Positions 1 through 14,200 of a stretch of DNA of 64,000 nucleotides are shown piece after piece. A program made the translations under genes and the position numbers. The DNA lies in NCBI GenBank assembly GCA_963748815.1, contig CAVVKJ010000010.1, forward strand, positions 1,119,367 through 1,183,366. The letters are read 5' to 3'. The DNA comes from an uncultured Gemmatimonadales bacterium (GTDB taxonomy: Bacteria > Gemmatimonadota > Gemmatimonadetes > Gemmatimonadales > GWC2-71-9). Position 1 is the first letter of the stretch. Every line of letters begins with the position of its first letter. Under the pieces are notes generated by a model, which saw only the letters and a program-made list of their open reading frames with translations, searched no databases and had not been told where the DNA came from.

Positions 1-2
1 CC

Positions 3-695
3 CAGATCTCCTCGCTTTCCGATACGCTCGGCCAGATCACCCGCCGCGACGCCCGTATCCGCCTGCTCGCCAATCTCGAGCCGACCGATCCGCAGGTGCT
101 GCAGGCGGGCATCGGCGGGCCTGCTCCGGAAACGCCGGTCAGCGGCGCGCCCCGCAGCGAGCTCGTGCGCCAGGCCACGGAAGTCTCCGTCGACCTGAAC
201 GCCATGATCCGGCGCGCCAACCTGCTCGCCTTCTCGTTCGACGAGGCGGCCGACAGCCTGGAGTCGCACCGCGACCGGCTGGCCGCCCTCCCCTCCATCC
301 TGCCGACGCAGGGCTGGCTGACCAGCGCCTTCAGCTCGATGCGCGAACACCCGGTGCTGCACATCGCCCGGGCGCACGAGGGCATCGACGTGGTGGCGCC
401 GATGGGCGCGCCGATCGAGGCCCCCGCCGCCGGCAAGGTGGTCAGCGCAGGGTGGGAAACCGGCTACGGCTACTCCGTCTCGATCGACCACGGCTACGGC
501 ATCACCACCCGTTTCGCCCACGCCTCCAAGCTGCTCGTCCGCCGCGGCGACAAGGTGGAACGCGGCCAGCGCATCGCCCTGGTCGGCAACACCGGATTGG
601 CCACCGGACCGCACCTGCACTACGAGGTGCACGTCCGCGGCCGCGCGGTGAATCCGCTCAACTATGTGCTGCCGGCGGGGGTAGTGACAGACTAA
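3..695 (+). CDS. M23 family peptidase, 5' end truncated by the window
   Basis: HEGID and PHLHYEV zinc motifs; frame is open back to position 3. Confidence 0.9.
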   Translation, partial: QISSLSDTLGQITRRDARIRLLANLEPTDPQVLQAGIGGPAPETPVSGAPRSELVRQATEVSVDLNAMIRRANLLAFSFDEAADSLESHRDRLAALPSILPTQGWLTSAFSSMREHPVLHIARAHEGIDVVAPMGAPIEAPAAGKVVSAGWETGYGYSVSIDHGYGITTRFAHASKLLVRRGDKVERGQRIALVGNTGLATGPHLHYEVHVRGRAVNPLNYVLPAGVVTD

Positions 696-721
696 GGCGG
701 GGAAGCGGGGAAGAAATTACG

Positions 722-754
722 AACGGTGGACTCCCACGGGAATCCACCGTTTTC
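722..754 (+). terminator. Intrinsic terminator-like hairpin
   Basis: AACGGTGGA...TCCACCGTT stem followed by T residues, between convergent genes. Confidence 0.55.
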
Positions 755-763
755 TGTTCCTGC

Positions 764-791
764 CGTCACCCCGGCGAAAGCCGGGGTCCAT
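764..791. repeat. REP-like palindrome
   Basis: CGTCACCCCGGCGAAAGCCGGGGTCCA; related copies near 4396, 4436, 35752, 38804, 39082, 43061 and 43100. Confidence 0.8.
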
Positions 792-822
792 GGGACCCTC
801 CCCGCGTCCCCGCCTCGTGCCC

Positions 823-1392
823 CTAAAACTGTACCTTCGGTACCTCCGCCGCCGCGGCGTTCGTCAGCTCGAAGTAGTCCTTCGGCGCCGACGCGCCGAA
901 CATCTTGGCCGTCAGGTTGTAGGGAAAGGTCCGGACGAAGGTGTTGTACTGCCGGGCCGCCTGGTTGTAGTCCTGCCGGGCGACGGAAATCCGGTTCTCG
1001 GTCCCCTCGAGCTGGTCCTGCAGCTGCCGGAAGTTCTCGTTCGACTTCAGTTCCGGATAATTCTCCACGATGGCCAGCAACCGACCGAGCGGTGCGTTCA
1101 TCGCCTGGTTGGCATCGGCCATTTCCTGCAGGTTGCCTCCCTGCACCGCCCCCGCCAGCCGTGAGCGCGCGTCGGCCACTTCGGTGAAAATGGTCGTTTC
1201 CTGCTTGGCAAACCCCTTGACCGTCTCGACCAGGTTCGGAATCAGGTCGGCCCGGCGCTGCAGCTGGACCTTGATCTGGCTCTCCGCCGAGTTCACCTGC
1301 TCGTCGAGCGCCTGGATCCGGTTGTAGCCGCATCCGGCGAGCAGGGTCAGCAGCACGAGGGCGGGCGCGAGGCGCACGGTACGGCGAGTCAT
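823..1392 (-). CDS. lemA: LemA family protein
   Basis: GYNRIQ..., QLQRRADLIPNLVETVKG, ENYPELKSNENF, LEGTENRI; ATG at 1392. Confidence 0.95.
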   Translation of the reverse strand: MTRRTVRLAPALVLLTLLAGCGYNRIQALDEQVNSAESQIKVQLQRRADLIPNLVETVKGFAKQETTIFTEVADARSRLAGAVQGGNLQEMADANQAMNAPLGRLLAIVENYPELKSNENFRQLQDQLEGTENRISVARQDYNQAARQYNTFVRTFPYNLTAKMFGASAPKDYFELTNAAAAEVPKVQF

Positions 1393-2111
1393 GGACGGTC
1401 TCCAGAGGTCAGGTTGTCGACGTAACGGACCGCGGCCTCCACGGCCGCGATGTATCCGGCAAAGCAATCGGGGGTACAACGCCACTCCCCATCGCCCAGA
1501 TGATTCAGGATCTCGACGAGAGGCGCCGACTCGAAGCCTGCGACGAGCCCCGCGGTGGCCGCCACATCCGGCCGGCCCGGTGGCAGCTGCGCGCCAGCCA
1601 GGACCAGGACACCCCGCAGCAGGACCACCAGCGAGGGGGCCGTGCTGCGCGCGAGGCCGGCGAGCGCCCCGGGGTCCGCCGCCAGCGCCACGAAGCCCTG
1701 CCGGAGCCGGAGAAGGCGGCCACGCAGGTCGCGCTCCAGGGCGGCGCGTAGATCGTCGCGGCGCACCGTCACGTCGACCAGGGGGTCGTCGCCGCGCAGG
1801 ACGCGGTAGGCGCTCCGGATGTCGGTGATTTCCACCGGGAAGACATCGGCGGCGCGGCGCCACTCGGGACGCGAGAGCAGGAGGGGCGGCGCCTGGTTGG
1901 ACTTGGCCCAGAACGCGAATGGGGTGGTCAGCGCGCCCAGCACGTCGGGCGTGGCCGACTCGAGCACCAGGAGCAGGTTCACGTCCGACCAGCCGTCGAG
2001 GTACTCGCCGCGGACCACCGACCCGTGGAGGACCGCGCTGTAGCCGCGGCCCAGGAGACGGTCGCACTCGCGAAGGAACGGTTCGACCAGCGTTGCCGTG
2101 ATGTCCGCCAT
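1389..2111 (-). CDS. Nucleotidyltransferase-fold hypothetical protein
   Basis: LHGSVVRGEY..WSDVNLLLV and DVFPVEITDI; overlaps the lemA start. Confidence 0.7.
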   Translation of the reverse strand: MADITATLVEPFLRECDRLLGRGYSAVLHGSVVRGEYLDGWSDVNLLLVLESATPDVLGALTTPFAFWAKSNQAPPLLLSRPEWRRAADVFPVEITDIRSAYRVLRGDDPLVDVTVRRDDLRAALERDLRGRLLRLRQGFVALAADPGALAGLARSTAPSLVVLLRGVLVLAGAQLPPGRPDVAATAGLVAGFESAPLVEILNHLGDGEWRCTPDCFAGYIAAVEAAVRYVDNLTSGDRP

Positions 2112-2960
2112 CTAGAACCTCCCTCCGGCGCCACCGCCACTGAAGCCGCCGCCGCCGCCGAATCCTCCGAATCCGCCACCGCCGCCGCCGAACCCCCCGC
2201 CGCCCCATCGTCCTCCCCCACCGCCCCCGCCCCAATATACGTGCGGAGTCCGGGGACGCCGCCGACCGGAGCCCCCGCCCGGGGGTGGCCCGCCGCCTCG
2301 CGAGGCGCGGATCATGGTCACGATCACCACCACCGCGATCAGCAGCAGGAAGAACAGCAGTCCCCACGAACGCTCAGCCGCGCGCTGCGGGGGCGCGAGC
2401 GTACTGTCGAGGATGCCGAGGCCGCGGGTCACCCGGGCGGCGAGCAGCCGCGTCCCGGTCACCAGGCCCGGCCCGTACTCCCCCTTGGCCAGCTGGGGCA
2501 CCATGGCGTCCCGGACGCTGCCGGCCGCGGCATCGGTGACGATGCCCTCAAGCCCCTGCCCGGTGCTGATGAAGATGTGCCCGGAGTTCGGGTCGCCCTC
2601 GCGGCGCGGGACCAGCAGGACGACGAGGCCTGCGTTGCGGGTGGCGTCGCCGATCTCGGCGGCCCGCCCGACCCCCCAGGCCCGGCCGATGGCAAGCGCC
2701 ACATCGGAGGCGGGGTAGTCGCCGATGGTGGGCAGGGTGACCACCGCAAGCTCGGCGCCGGTGACGCGCCGCAACCGCGTCGCGATCGAATCGATGACGG
2801 CGGCCGATCCCGGGTCCACCACGCTGGCCACGTCGGTCAGGTACCCGGTGGGCCGGGCGGGAAAGAGCGAGTCCGCCGGCGACTGGGCGGTGGCCGCGCC
2901 GGCGCAGATCGCGAGTTGAAGCACGAGTCCCAGCCCGGTAGCTTTCACCCGACCTGTCAC
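2112..2960 (-). CDS. TPM domain protein
   Basis: PTGYLTDVASVVD, WGVG, GQGLEG and a Gly-rich tail ending GGGAGGRF; typical lemA neighbour. Confidence 0.9.
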   Translation of the reverse strand: MTGRVKATGLGLVLQLAICAGAATAQSPADSLFPARPTGYLTDVASVVDPGSAAVIDSIATRLRRVTGAELAVVTLPTIGDYPASDVALAIGRAWGVGRAAEIGDATRNAGLVVLLVPRREGDPNSGHIFISTGQGLEGIVTDAAAGSVRDAMVPQLAKGEYGPGLVTGTRLLAARVTRGLGILDSTLAPPQRAAERSWGLLFFLLLIAVVVIVTMIRASRGGGPPPGGGSGRRRPRTPHVYWGGGGGGGRWGGGGFGGGGGGFGGFGGGGGFSGGGAGGRF

Positions 2961-2987
2961 CTGACGTCTCCCGCCTTCGAGCTGCCT

Positions 2988-3731
2988 GTGTCCCGCTGGT
3001 GCATCGCCCTGCTCCTCCTGACCGCCGCCTGCGATGGGCCCCGGACCGTGACCGTGATGGCGTCGATTCCCGGCCTCGATTCCGCCGAGGCCCCGACCCC
3101 AGGATTTTCGTTCGTGGTGCTGCCCTACAACCGGGATAGCCTCGTCGCTGCCTTCGAGGCTCGCGCCGCGACCCCGCGGCCCGCCACCGCCCAGCTCGAC
3201 ACGCTCTTCGCCCAGTTCCGGGCGCCTTTCTCGGCGTACACCGCCATCGTCGCCGAAATCGACCGGCTCGGCGATTCCCTGGCGGCGCTGAAGACGCGCC
3301 TCGAGGGGATGTCACGCACGAGTGAGGAGTATAACGCCTCCTATCGGCGCTGGACCGGCCTCCGCGACTCGATCCGTTCGATCGACACGCAGGCGGCCCG
3401 CGCGCGCGCCGACCTCGACGCGGCCCGGCCGAAGTTCCTGGCCCAGAGCGAGTCGCTCCGCGCGGTCGTGCGCGAGTGGCAAGATAGCACGTACCGCGGG
3501 TACGACCGGGTCGTCGATTCGATCGTGCGGGCGACCCACCGCGAGCCGGTGGCCGACACCACCGACGCTTCCGGCGTCGCGCGCGTCACCCTCCGCGGGG
3601 GACCCTGGTGGGTCTACGCCCGCTCCTGGGACCCGGCCGATCCGAACGCCGAGTGGTACTGGAACGTCTCCGTGTCCGCCGATACCGTCCGCCTGAACGC
3701 CACCAGCGGCGTCAACCGCCCCCGCTACTGA
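2988..3731 (+). CDS. Hypothetical lipoprotein
   Basis: GTG start, hydrophobic stretch with LTAAC lipobox, coiled-coil-like middle. Confidence 0.65.
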   Translation: MSRWCIALLLLTAACDGPRTVTVMASIPGLDSAEAPTPGFSFVVLPYNRDSLVAAFEARAATPRPATAQLDTLFAQFRAPFSAYTAIVAEIDRLGDSLAALKTRLEGMSRTSEEYNASYRRWTGLRDSIRSIDTQAARARADLDAARPKFLAQSESLRAVVREWQDSTYRGYDRVVDSIVRATHREPVADTTDASGVARVTLRGGPWWVYARSWDPADPNAEWYWNVSVSADTVRLNATSGVNRPRY

Positions 3732-3745
3732 CTCCGGGACAGATC

Positions 3746-4351
3746 ATGCGCCTCGCCCTCTCGCTCTTCGTCGTCGCGACCCTCGCCGGCCCCCTCCACG
3801 CCCAGGACCCGATGGCGGCGCGCAGCAAGGGCAGCCCGACCGCGCCGGTCACCGTCTATGAGATGTCGGACTTCCAGTGTCCGTACTGCGCCAGGTTTGC
3901 GCTCGACATCTTCCCGGCGCTGGACTCCGCCTACATCCAGACCGGCAAGGTGCGCTGGGTCTTCGTGAACTTCCCGCTCCCGATGCATCCCAACGCCGTC
4001 TCCGCGGCCCAGGTGGCGATGTGCGCGGCGAACCAGAACAAGTTCTGGCCGGTGCACGACCTCCTGTTCCGGAATCAGAAGGTGTGGGCGCCGCTCGAGG
4101 CCCCGGGAGAATACCTCCTGACCTTTGCCGACTCGGCGGCCCTCAACCCGACGACGTTCAAGGAATGCCTGACGACCGGCGCCACCCGCGCCGAGATCGA
4201 GAGCGACGCCCAAGCCTCGGTGCGGGCGGGCGCCAAGAGCACGCCGAGCTTCTATGTCGAGGGGGGCATGATGGCGGGCGCGCAGCCGGTGAGCGTCTTC
4301 GGACCGATTCTCGACTCGATCTATGCGGTGAAGACGGCGGGGGCGAAGTAG
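3746..4351 (+). CDS. DsbA/thioredoxin-fold protein
   Basis: Signal peptide, SDFQCPYC active site, STPSF cis-Pro loop. Confidence 0.9.
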   Translation: MRLALSLFVVATLAGPLHAQDPMAARSKGSPTAPVTVYEMSDFQCPYCARFALDIFPALDSAYIQTGKVRWVFVNFPLPMHPNAVSAAQVAMCAANQNKFWPVHDLLFRNQKVWAPLEAPGEYLLTFADSAALNPTTFKECLTTGATRAEIESDAQASVRAGAKSTPSFYVEGGMMAGAQPVSVFGPILDSIYAVKTAGAK

Positions 4352-4395
4352 GGGCGGGGAAGCGGGGAAGCGGGGAAGCGCAACATGAGACGCCC

Positions 4396-4462
4396 CGTCA
4401 CCCCCGCGAAAGCGGGGGTCCAGTCGAACTGAATCTGGATTCCCGCATTCGCGGGAATGACG
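4396..4462. repeat. Inverted pair of REP-like palindromes, preceded by three GCGGGGAA units
   Basis: CGTCACCCCCGCGAAAGCGGGGGTCCAG ... CTGGATTCCCGCATTCGCGGGAATGACG. Confidence 0.8.
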
Positions 4463-4550
4463 ACCGGGCCCCCTGCCTCCCGGCCCCACCGTCTTCACCT
4501 CACCCGCTGTCCCCCTCACCGTGAGTCCGAGAGGGGGCTCGAGGCTCGGG

Positions 4551-4670
4551 ACAGAAGACGCGGGAAACACGGAAGCAGAGAAGTGCGGAATGGGGATTGG
4601 GGTGCGCCGACACAACCACCAAAGTGGTCTTCCGAGTTTCCCGTTCTTCCGCGCTTCCCGCGTTTCCTGT
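4551..4670. repeat. About 120-bp element with terminal inverted repeats, copy 1
   Basis: ACAGAAGACGCGGGAAACACGGAA...TTCTTCCGCGCTTCCCGCGT; related copy at 40947-41062. Confidence 0.65.
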
Positions 4671-4674
4671 ATGG

Positions 4675-5430
4675 CTACGCAAGCGTCAGCGAAAGAAACA
4701 CATCGTACAGCGCATGGGTCCACGCGGTGATGCCGAAGCCGCGCAGTAGATACAACGCGCTGAAGAGCACGCCGGCCACTGCCCGGAAGGTGAACGAAGC
4801 CAGCTGCAGCTCGTCACCGTAGGGGCCGACGTAGTGGAACGCCGAGAAGATCAGGGCGCCGACCACCACGGCGAAGACTCCGGAGGCCCCCGGAATCCAG
4901 CCGAATCCGACCCGCGCCAGGCGCGCCAGCAATGAGACGAGCAGCACCCGGAAGAGCAGTTCCTCGTAGAGCCCGGCCCCCAGTGAAATCATCAATTGCG
5001 TCGCCAGGTCGAACCCGGCCATTGGCCCGGCCGCCAGCGGCGGCGCGGCGTGCAGGATGAGCCCGGTCAGCGTCCCGGTGACGATGCCAAAGACCAGGGC
5101 GTACGCCACCGACTCCGCCATCATCCCCACGAAATAGCGGCCGGTGATGGTGCCGCCCCGACGGACATCGCGCCACACCAGCACGGCGGAGACGCCGACC
5201 AGCGCCAGGCCGAAGACCAGCAGCCCGTCGCGACCGCCGAGCCAGAGAAAGGCGCTCTTCAGGAGGACGTCCGCGCCGTTCCGGACGCCGCTGATCGCAT
5301 CGCCCGACAGCAGAAACGCCAGCCCCTCGTAGGCGAGAAGCAGGGGGAGCGCGAAGAGGAGCGAGTATCTGGGAGCGCGGGTGTCGCGCCAGTAGGAGGG
5401 GGTGGTTGGGAGCATCCTCAAATCTATCAT
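4675..5430 (-). CDS. CPBP (CAAX/Abi) family intramembrane metalloprotease
   Basis: EELLFR, FSAFH and HALYD motifs; multiple transmembrane segments. Confidence 0.9.
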   Translation of the reverse strand: MIDLRMLPTTPSYWRDTRAPRYSLLFALPLLLAYEGLAFLLSGDAISGVRNGADVLLKSAFLWLGGRDGLLVFGLALVGVSAVLVWRDVRRGGTITGRYFVGMMAESVAYALVFGIVTGTLTGLILHAAPPLAAGPMAGFDLATQLMISLGAGLYEELLFRVLLVSLLARLARVGFGWIPGASGVFAVVVGALIFSAFHYVGPYGDELQLASFTFRAVAGVLFSALYLLRGFGITAWTHALYDVFLSLTLA

Positions 5431-5610
5431 CAGCCTGAAGTTCTGCCCCGCAGCCCGCCTTCTTCACCTCACCCCCGTCCCCCTCTCCGTGATACGGAGA
5501 GGGGGGACACCCGGCGAGACCGGGTGTGAGGCGCTGCCGCCCTGCCTCCCTGCCCCGCGGCCCCTCTGTCCGCCCTTGCCGAACGCCCCCGACGCCCGGA
5601 CATTCCGGCC

Positions 5611-6918
5611 ATGCCTCGCACTTCCCTCCTCTACCGGATCGTGGCCCGCGCCGCATCGGCGCTGGTGCCGGTGGCGGGCCTCGCCAGCGACAAGGTGGCC
5701 CGGAGCCACCGGGGCCGCCGGGGCGCCGTCGATCGGCTCACGACCTGGGGCAACGCCTCCCGGGATCCCTCACGTCCGTTGGTGTGGCTGCACGCCCCCT
5801 CGGTCGGCGAGGGGCTGCAGGCCGAAAGCGTGCTGCACGTCCTCCGCCGTCGGCACCCCGAGTGGCAATACATCTACACCTGGTTCAGCCCGTCGGCCGA
5901 ATCGCTCGGGCGGCGCCTGCCAGTCGATGTCGCGGACTATCTCCCCTACGACCTGCCAGGTGACGTCGACGCCCTGCTCGCCGCCATCCGCCCCGATGTC
6001 CTGGCGTTCTCGAAGCTCGACCTCTGGCCCGAGCTCGCCACCAGAGCCGCCTCCGCCGGCACCCGGGTGGTCATGGTGGCCGCCACGGTATCCCCGGGCA
6101 GCGGGCGGCTCCGCTGGCCGGTGCGCGGCGCACTCCGACCGGGATACGCCAGCCTTTCACTCGCGGGTGCCATCTCCCCCGACGACGCGTCGCGCCTCCA
6201 GCAACTCGGCGTACCCCACGACCGGATTCGGGTGACTGGCGACCCGCGATTCGACAGCGTGATGGAGAAGGTGGCTGCCATCCCGCCCGACGACCCGCTC
6301 CTACGCTTCGGTCAGGGGGCCCCGACCCTGGTGGCCGGTTCCACCTGGCCCGCCGACGAGAAGGTGGTCCTCGACGCCTTCGCCAGGCTGCATGTCCATC
6401 GCCCCGACGCCCGGCTGATCCTTGTCCCCCACGAACCGACCGAGACGCACCTCGTCCCGATCGAGCGGCTCGCCTCCCGCCTCGGGCTGCCGTCCCCGGT
6501 TCGGCTCAGCCGCGCCGAGAACACGGCCGTTCCCTTTCTCCTGGTGGACAAGGTCGGAGTCCTCGCCGCCCTCTATGCCGGGGCGGGGGCGGCGTTTGTC
6601 GGCGGCGGATTCGGCCGGGCGGGCCTCCATTCAGTCCTGGAGCCCGCCGCCTGCGGCATTCCCGTGGTCTTCGGGCCCAACTGGCAGAACAGCCGGGACG
6701 CCGGGTTGCTCCTCACGGCGGGAGGGGCGGAGGCGCTCTCGGCGTTCGGCACCGAGGAGGCGGGCGAGGCGCTGCACGCGCATTGGCACGGGTGGATCGA
6801 AAACGAAACGCGCCGCCTGTCGCAGGGACAGAAGGCGCGTGCGGTGGTCGAACAGGGGCGTGGGGCCGCGGAAGCATCCGCCACGCTGATCGAGGAGGCG
6901 GTGGCCCGGACTACTTGA
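5611..6918 (+). CDS. waaA: 3-deoxy-D-manno-octulosonic acid (Kdo) transferase
   Basis: VWLHAPSVGE, YLPYD, GDPRFD, AGSTW, LVPHE, HSVLEPA. Confidence 0.9.
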   Translation: MPRTSLLYRIVARAASALVPVAGLASDKVARSHRGRRGAVDRLTTWGNASRDPSRPLVWLHAPSVGEGLQAESVLHVLRRRHPEWQYIYTWFSPSAESLGRRLPVDVADYLPYDLPGDVDALLAAIRPDVLAFSKLDLWPELATRAASAGTRVVMVAATVSPGSGRLRWPVRGALRPGYASLSLAGAISPDDASRLQQLGVPHDRIRVTGDPRFDSVMEKVAAIPPDDPLLRFGQGAPTLVAGSTWPADEKVVLDAFARLHVHRPDARLILVPHEPTETHLVPIERLASRLGLPSPVRLSRAENTAVPFLLVDKVGVLAALYAGAGAAFVGGGFGRAGLHSVLEPAACGIPVVFGPNWQNSRDAGLLLTAGGAEALSAFGTEEAGEALHAHWHGWIENETRRLSQGQKARAVVEQGRGAAEASATLIEEAVARTT

Positions 6919-7273
6919 CGACGATTCCCTCGGCCGTGACGGTGCGCGGCACGATGATGCCGACGGTCACGATGGTGATCAGCACATCCGACCAGCGGCT
7001 CCGGACCTTGATCTTCACGTCCACGAGCGCCTTCCCCCCAACCAGCTGACCGGCGAGCGTGTGGTGCAGCGCCGGGCTGCTGATTTCCGTGATGCCCCAC
7101 ATGGCGTACACGGCCTTGCCGGTGACGGTGAACCGTTCGCCGCCGGGAGGCATCGGCGTGCCAGCCGCCGAGGCGAGGGTGACCGGCACGCCGATGCGCG
7201 TGGCGTCGATGTTCTGCACGCAGCCGGCCAGGAGGAGGGCGGCGATCGGCAACATCAGGACGGGGCGCCTCAC
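6911..7273 (-). CDS. Small lipoprotein, Bor-like
   Basis: LLAGC lipobox; C-terminal ITIVTVGIIVPRTVT; overlaps the upstream stop. Confidence 0.6.
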   Translation of the reverse strand: MRRPVLMLPIAALLLAGCVQNIDATRIGVPVTLASAAGTPMPPGGERFTVTGKAVYAMWGITEISSPALHHTLAGQLVGGKALVDVKIKVRSRWSDVLITIVTVGIIVPRTVTAEGIVVK

Positions 7274-7911
7274 AGGCCGAACGACCACTTGGCGCCGACC
7301 GACCAGCTCGACGGGTTCTCGGCACCGTAGTCCGCCCAGTCGTAGGCGGTGCGCAGCCCGAGCCCGAAGATGAAGGCGATGTCGAGGCCGGCGCTGTAGC
7401 CGAAGGCGGAGTTGCTGCCGCTGACGGTCCCCGACACCGAGTTGTAGTCCCAGCGGGGGGCAAACCACGGCTTGAGCCCGAAGATCGGGAGCGGAATCGT
7501 CAGGCCGATGCCGACGCCAACCGGGACGTGCGTGGTCTTGGCGCCGTCGAGGTCGCCGTAGCCGACGCCGGCCTGGAGATTCACGAAGAAGGGGACCAGC
7601 GGCCCCCCGATGAGGCGGAGGTTGGCGGTGCCGCCGTAGACGCCGGTGGAACTGCCACCGGAGAGTTCCGTCGAGCCGAGCGTGGCGGTGAAGCCCAGCA
7701 TCCCGAGCCCGAGAGCGCCGGTGGCGGCGTACGTCGTTCCGCCGCCGGCCGCGTCGTTCGGGAAGCCGACGTCGCCGGCGACGAGGATGCCCCGGGGCAC
7801 TCCGTTGTTCATGACGGGCAGCCGGGGCACCTGGGCCTCAAGCGGCGGGGCCGGCAGCAGCGGGGCCGCGAAGGCGGTCACGGCCGCGAGGGCCAATAGA
7901 CGGCGAAGCAT
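7270..7911 (-). CDS. Putative outer-membrane beta-barrel protein
   Basis: Signal peptide, alternating beta-strand pattern, aromatic C-terminus (WSFGL). Confidence 0.65.
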   Translation of the reverse strand: MLRRLLALAAVTAFAAPLLPAPPLEAQVPRLPVMNNGVPRGILVAGDVGFPNDAAGGGTTYAATGALGLGMLGFTATLGSTELSGGSSTGVYGGTANLRLIGGPLVPFFVNLQAGVGYGDLDGAKTTHVPVGVGIGLTIPLPIFGLKPWFAPRWDYNSVSGTVSGSNSAFGYSAGLDIAFIFGLGLRTAYDWADYGAENPSSWSVGAKWSFGL

Positions 7912-7943
7912 GTCAGGATGTCCAGGTGGCGAGATCGTGGCGG

Positions 7944-8545
7944 CTAGTGCAGCCAGGTGAAGCTGGCGGAGAAGCCGTCGAGGTCGCCGAAGGAGCCGCC
8001 GACGTTCAGGAGAAAGTTGGCGCCGAACTTCATGTCCACCCCGAGGCCCACCGAGAAGTTGATCTCGCTGTTGTCGGCGAAGGTCGGAATCAGCGTCGGG
8101 GTGACGTACGGCACGAAGCTGGTCGTCGAGTTCTCGAGCAGGATCTGGCGGCCGAGCGAGAAGCCGACCGGGATGAAGAGGTGGTTGTTGTTGTCGAGGA
8201 GCGAGGCGCCGACGCCCACGACGAGCGCGCCGTCGAGGGGGAAATTGTCGCTGTGGCGCAGCACCGGGCCCGGTAGTCGCCGCCGAGGAGGAACGCCGTG
8301 GCCCCGGTGTTGTCGGGATTGGCGAAGCCGAGGCGGAACCCGAAGTCGGCCGAGGGACCGGACGCCATGCGGTAGAAGCCCTCGAGCGCGATCCCGCTGT
8401 TCTGTGGGTCCGAGACGGACACGCCGAACGATGTCTTGTCGAAGAGCCGCTGGGACGAGAGGAAGACCGGCGTGCCGGTTTCCTGGGCCAGCGCGGGCGT
8501 GGCCAGCACGAACAACGAAACGGCAGCGATCAGGCTACGACGCAT
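7944..8545 (-). CDS. Putative outer-membrane beta-barrel protein, apparent indel near 8270
   Basis: [21 protein letters not shown] signal peptide; continues in the 7944-8264 frame ending FSASFTWLH. Confidence 0.6.
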
Positions 8546-8794
8546 GGACGACCTCCTTGGCATGTTCGGCGACGACGCGGACGACGTTCCCCACCACCTG
8601 CAGGAACCCGCCGCGCACCGCAAAGGACTGCTCGCCGCCGGCGACCCGCACCTGCAAGGTACCCTCGCCGAGCAGCGTCATGAATGGGGCGTGGTGCGGC
8701 AAGACCCCCACCTGCCCGTCGTAGGCGGGGGCCTGCAGGCTCTCCGCCTCCCCGTCAAAGATGGAGCCTTCGGGGGAAATCACCGTGACTCGCA

Positions 8795-8798
<4 letters not shown>
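8535..8798 (-). CDS. atpC: ATP synthase F1 epsilon subunit, short form
   Basis: VISPEG..., [20 protein letters not shown]. Confidence 0.92.
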
Positions 8799-10230
<1,432 letters not shown>

Positions 10231-10263
10231 GCGTTGGTATCCCGTGAAGTCAGAGTGATCGAG

Positions 10264-12751
<2,488 letters not shown>

Positions 12752-12932
12752 GTGTGTGGTCGCCTGTTTCACCAAAAGGGGTGAGAAGATTCGCTTCGTC
12801 TACAGCTTGTGAAAATAATCACATAGCGGGGTCGGGGGCAACCGCCACTGCCGTTGCGAAGCCCTGGTGTGCCGGCCCGGGATTGCCGCGTCGGCCCCTG
12901 CCGGGGCCTCCTCGCAATGACAGAGTTCGGAG

Positions 12933-13703
12933 CTACAGCCGGCTCCTCGTATGCCCGCGGGCAAACCGGCTGAGCAACTCCGCCGGGGTGGTCTTCGGGA
13001 GGTCCTGCGCCCCGATTCCGGCGATCCGGCGGGCCGTGGAGCCCAGATGGCTCGAGGAGGAGAAGGAGAGGAGCTCCGCGACCCGAGCCACGCTGTAGCC
13101 GGGGTTGTGGAGCAGTTGGGCGGCGGCCACCACTCGCAGGAAGTCGATGACCCGCTTGAGGTTAGGTGCTCCGCCGGCGCCGAATTGCCGGGAGAGATGC
13201 TCGCGGGAGACGCCCTTCCGCCGGGCCAGCGTGGCCGTGGTGACGGGCTGGTCCACCTTGTCGACGAGGGAGTCCCAGAGCTCCCGCTGCAGCGGATCGG
13301 CCAGCCGGAGGAGGCGGGGGGCGTCGGCCAGGGCACGCCGCCGGGCCGCCGCCAGCGAGACCCGCCGCACCAGTTCGCCCACCACCGCGTCGTCCACCCC
13401 CTCGACCAGCACCGCCGCCACCTTCTGCCGTCGGCATTCGGAGAGCAGTGCACCGTCATCGGGGCGAATCGGCGCGTACACCACGATCGGGATGTGAGGG
13501 AAGTCGGACCGGAGTGCGGCCCAGTCATCCAGCAGGCCGGGGCGGGGGGCAAAGACCACCGCCTCGACGATCCGGCGGTCGAGCAGTTGGCGGAGATTGG
13601 CGGGGGTGCGGCAGGTGACGACCCCGGGGCCGCCCCGGGGGAGCGAACGGCGGAGCGCCGTCACGGCGCTCCGCCCCTCGAAGAGGGCGGCGATGGCCGC
13701 CAT
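12933..13703 (-). CDS. AraC-family HTH regulator with receiver-like N-terminus
   Basis: GVSREHLSRQF ... VARVAELLSFSSSSHL; ATG at 13703. Confidence 0.75.
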   Translation of the reverse strand: MAAIAALFEGRSAVTALRRSLPRGGPGVVTCRTPANLRQLLDRRIVEAVVFAPRPGLLDDWAALRSDFPHIPIVVYAPIRPDDGALLSECRRQKVAAVLVEGVDDAVVGELVRRVSLAAARRRALADAPRLLRLADPLQRELWDSLVDKVDQPVTTATLARRKGVSREHLSRQFGAGGAPNLKRVIDFLRVVAAAQLLHNPGYSVARVAELLSFSSSSHLGSTARRIAGIGAQDLPKTTPAELLSRFARGHTRSRL

Positions 13704-13705
13704 CG

Positions 13706-14197
13706 TCAGTTCTCGGCGGCGACGGGGTCCGGCTGCTTCTTCGGCCGACCCGCCCCGACCGCCACCAGGGTGCGGGCCATCTCGCCACCGCGCCGGAGCA
13801 CGCCACGCGCGTTGTCGTAGCTCAGCTGGTCGAGCGCCTGGTCGAGGGGGAGCCACTGGTGATCGGTGATCCCCTCGTCCTCCTGCGGGACCACGTCGCC
13901 CTCGGGGCTCTCGAAGAGGAAGAAGTGGCAGAACTTGTGGATGGCGCGCCCGCGAAAGCGGAAGTGCCAGTCGATGATCCGGATGGGGCCGTGCAGCAGC
14001 AGCGACTCGAGCCCCGTTTCCTCACCGGTCTCGCGCAGCGCCGCCTCGGCGGGGGTCTCCTCCTCCTCGAGGTGCCCCTTCGGAAATCCCCAGTGCCGGT
14101 ACGAGTCCTTGATGAGCAGGAAGCGCGCCTCCGAGCCGAACCGCCGAAAGACGATCCCGCCCGCACTCACCTCGCGCTCCGGCTTCCGCTTGGCCAT
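13706..14197 (-). CDS. NUDIX hydrolase
   Basis: Nudix box GHLEEEETPAEAALRETGEETG. Confidence 0.92.
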   Translation of the reverse strand: MAKRKPEREVSAGGIVFRRFGSEARFLLIKDSYRHWGFPKGHLEEEETPAEAALRETGEETGLESLLLHGPIRIIDWHFRFRGRAIHKFCHFFLFESPEGDVVPQEDEGITDHQWLPLDQALDQLSYDNARGVLRRGGEMARTLVAVGAGRPKKQPDPVAAEN

Positions 14198-14200
14198 CGG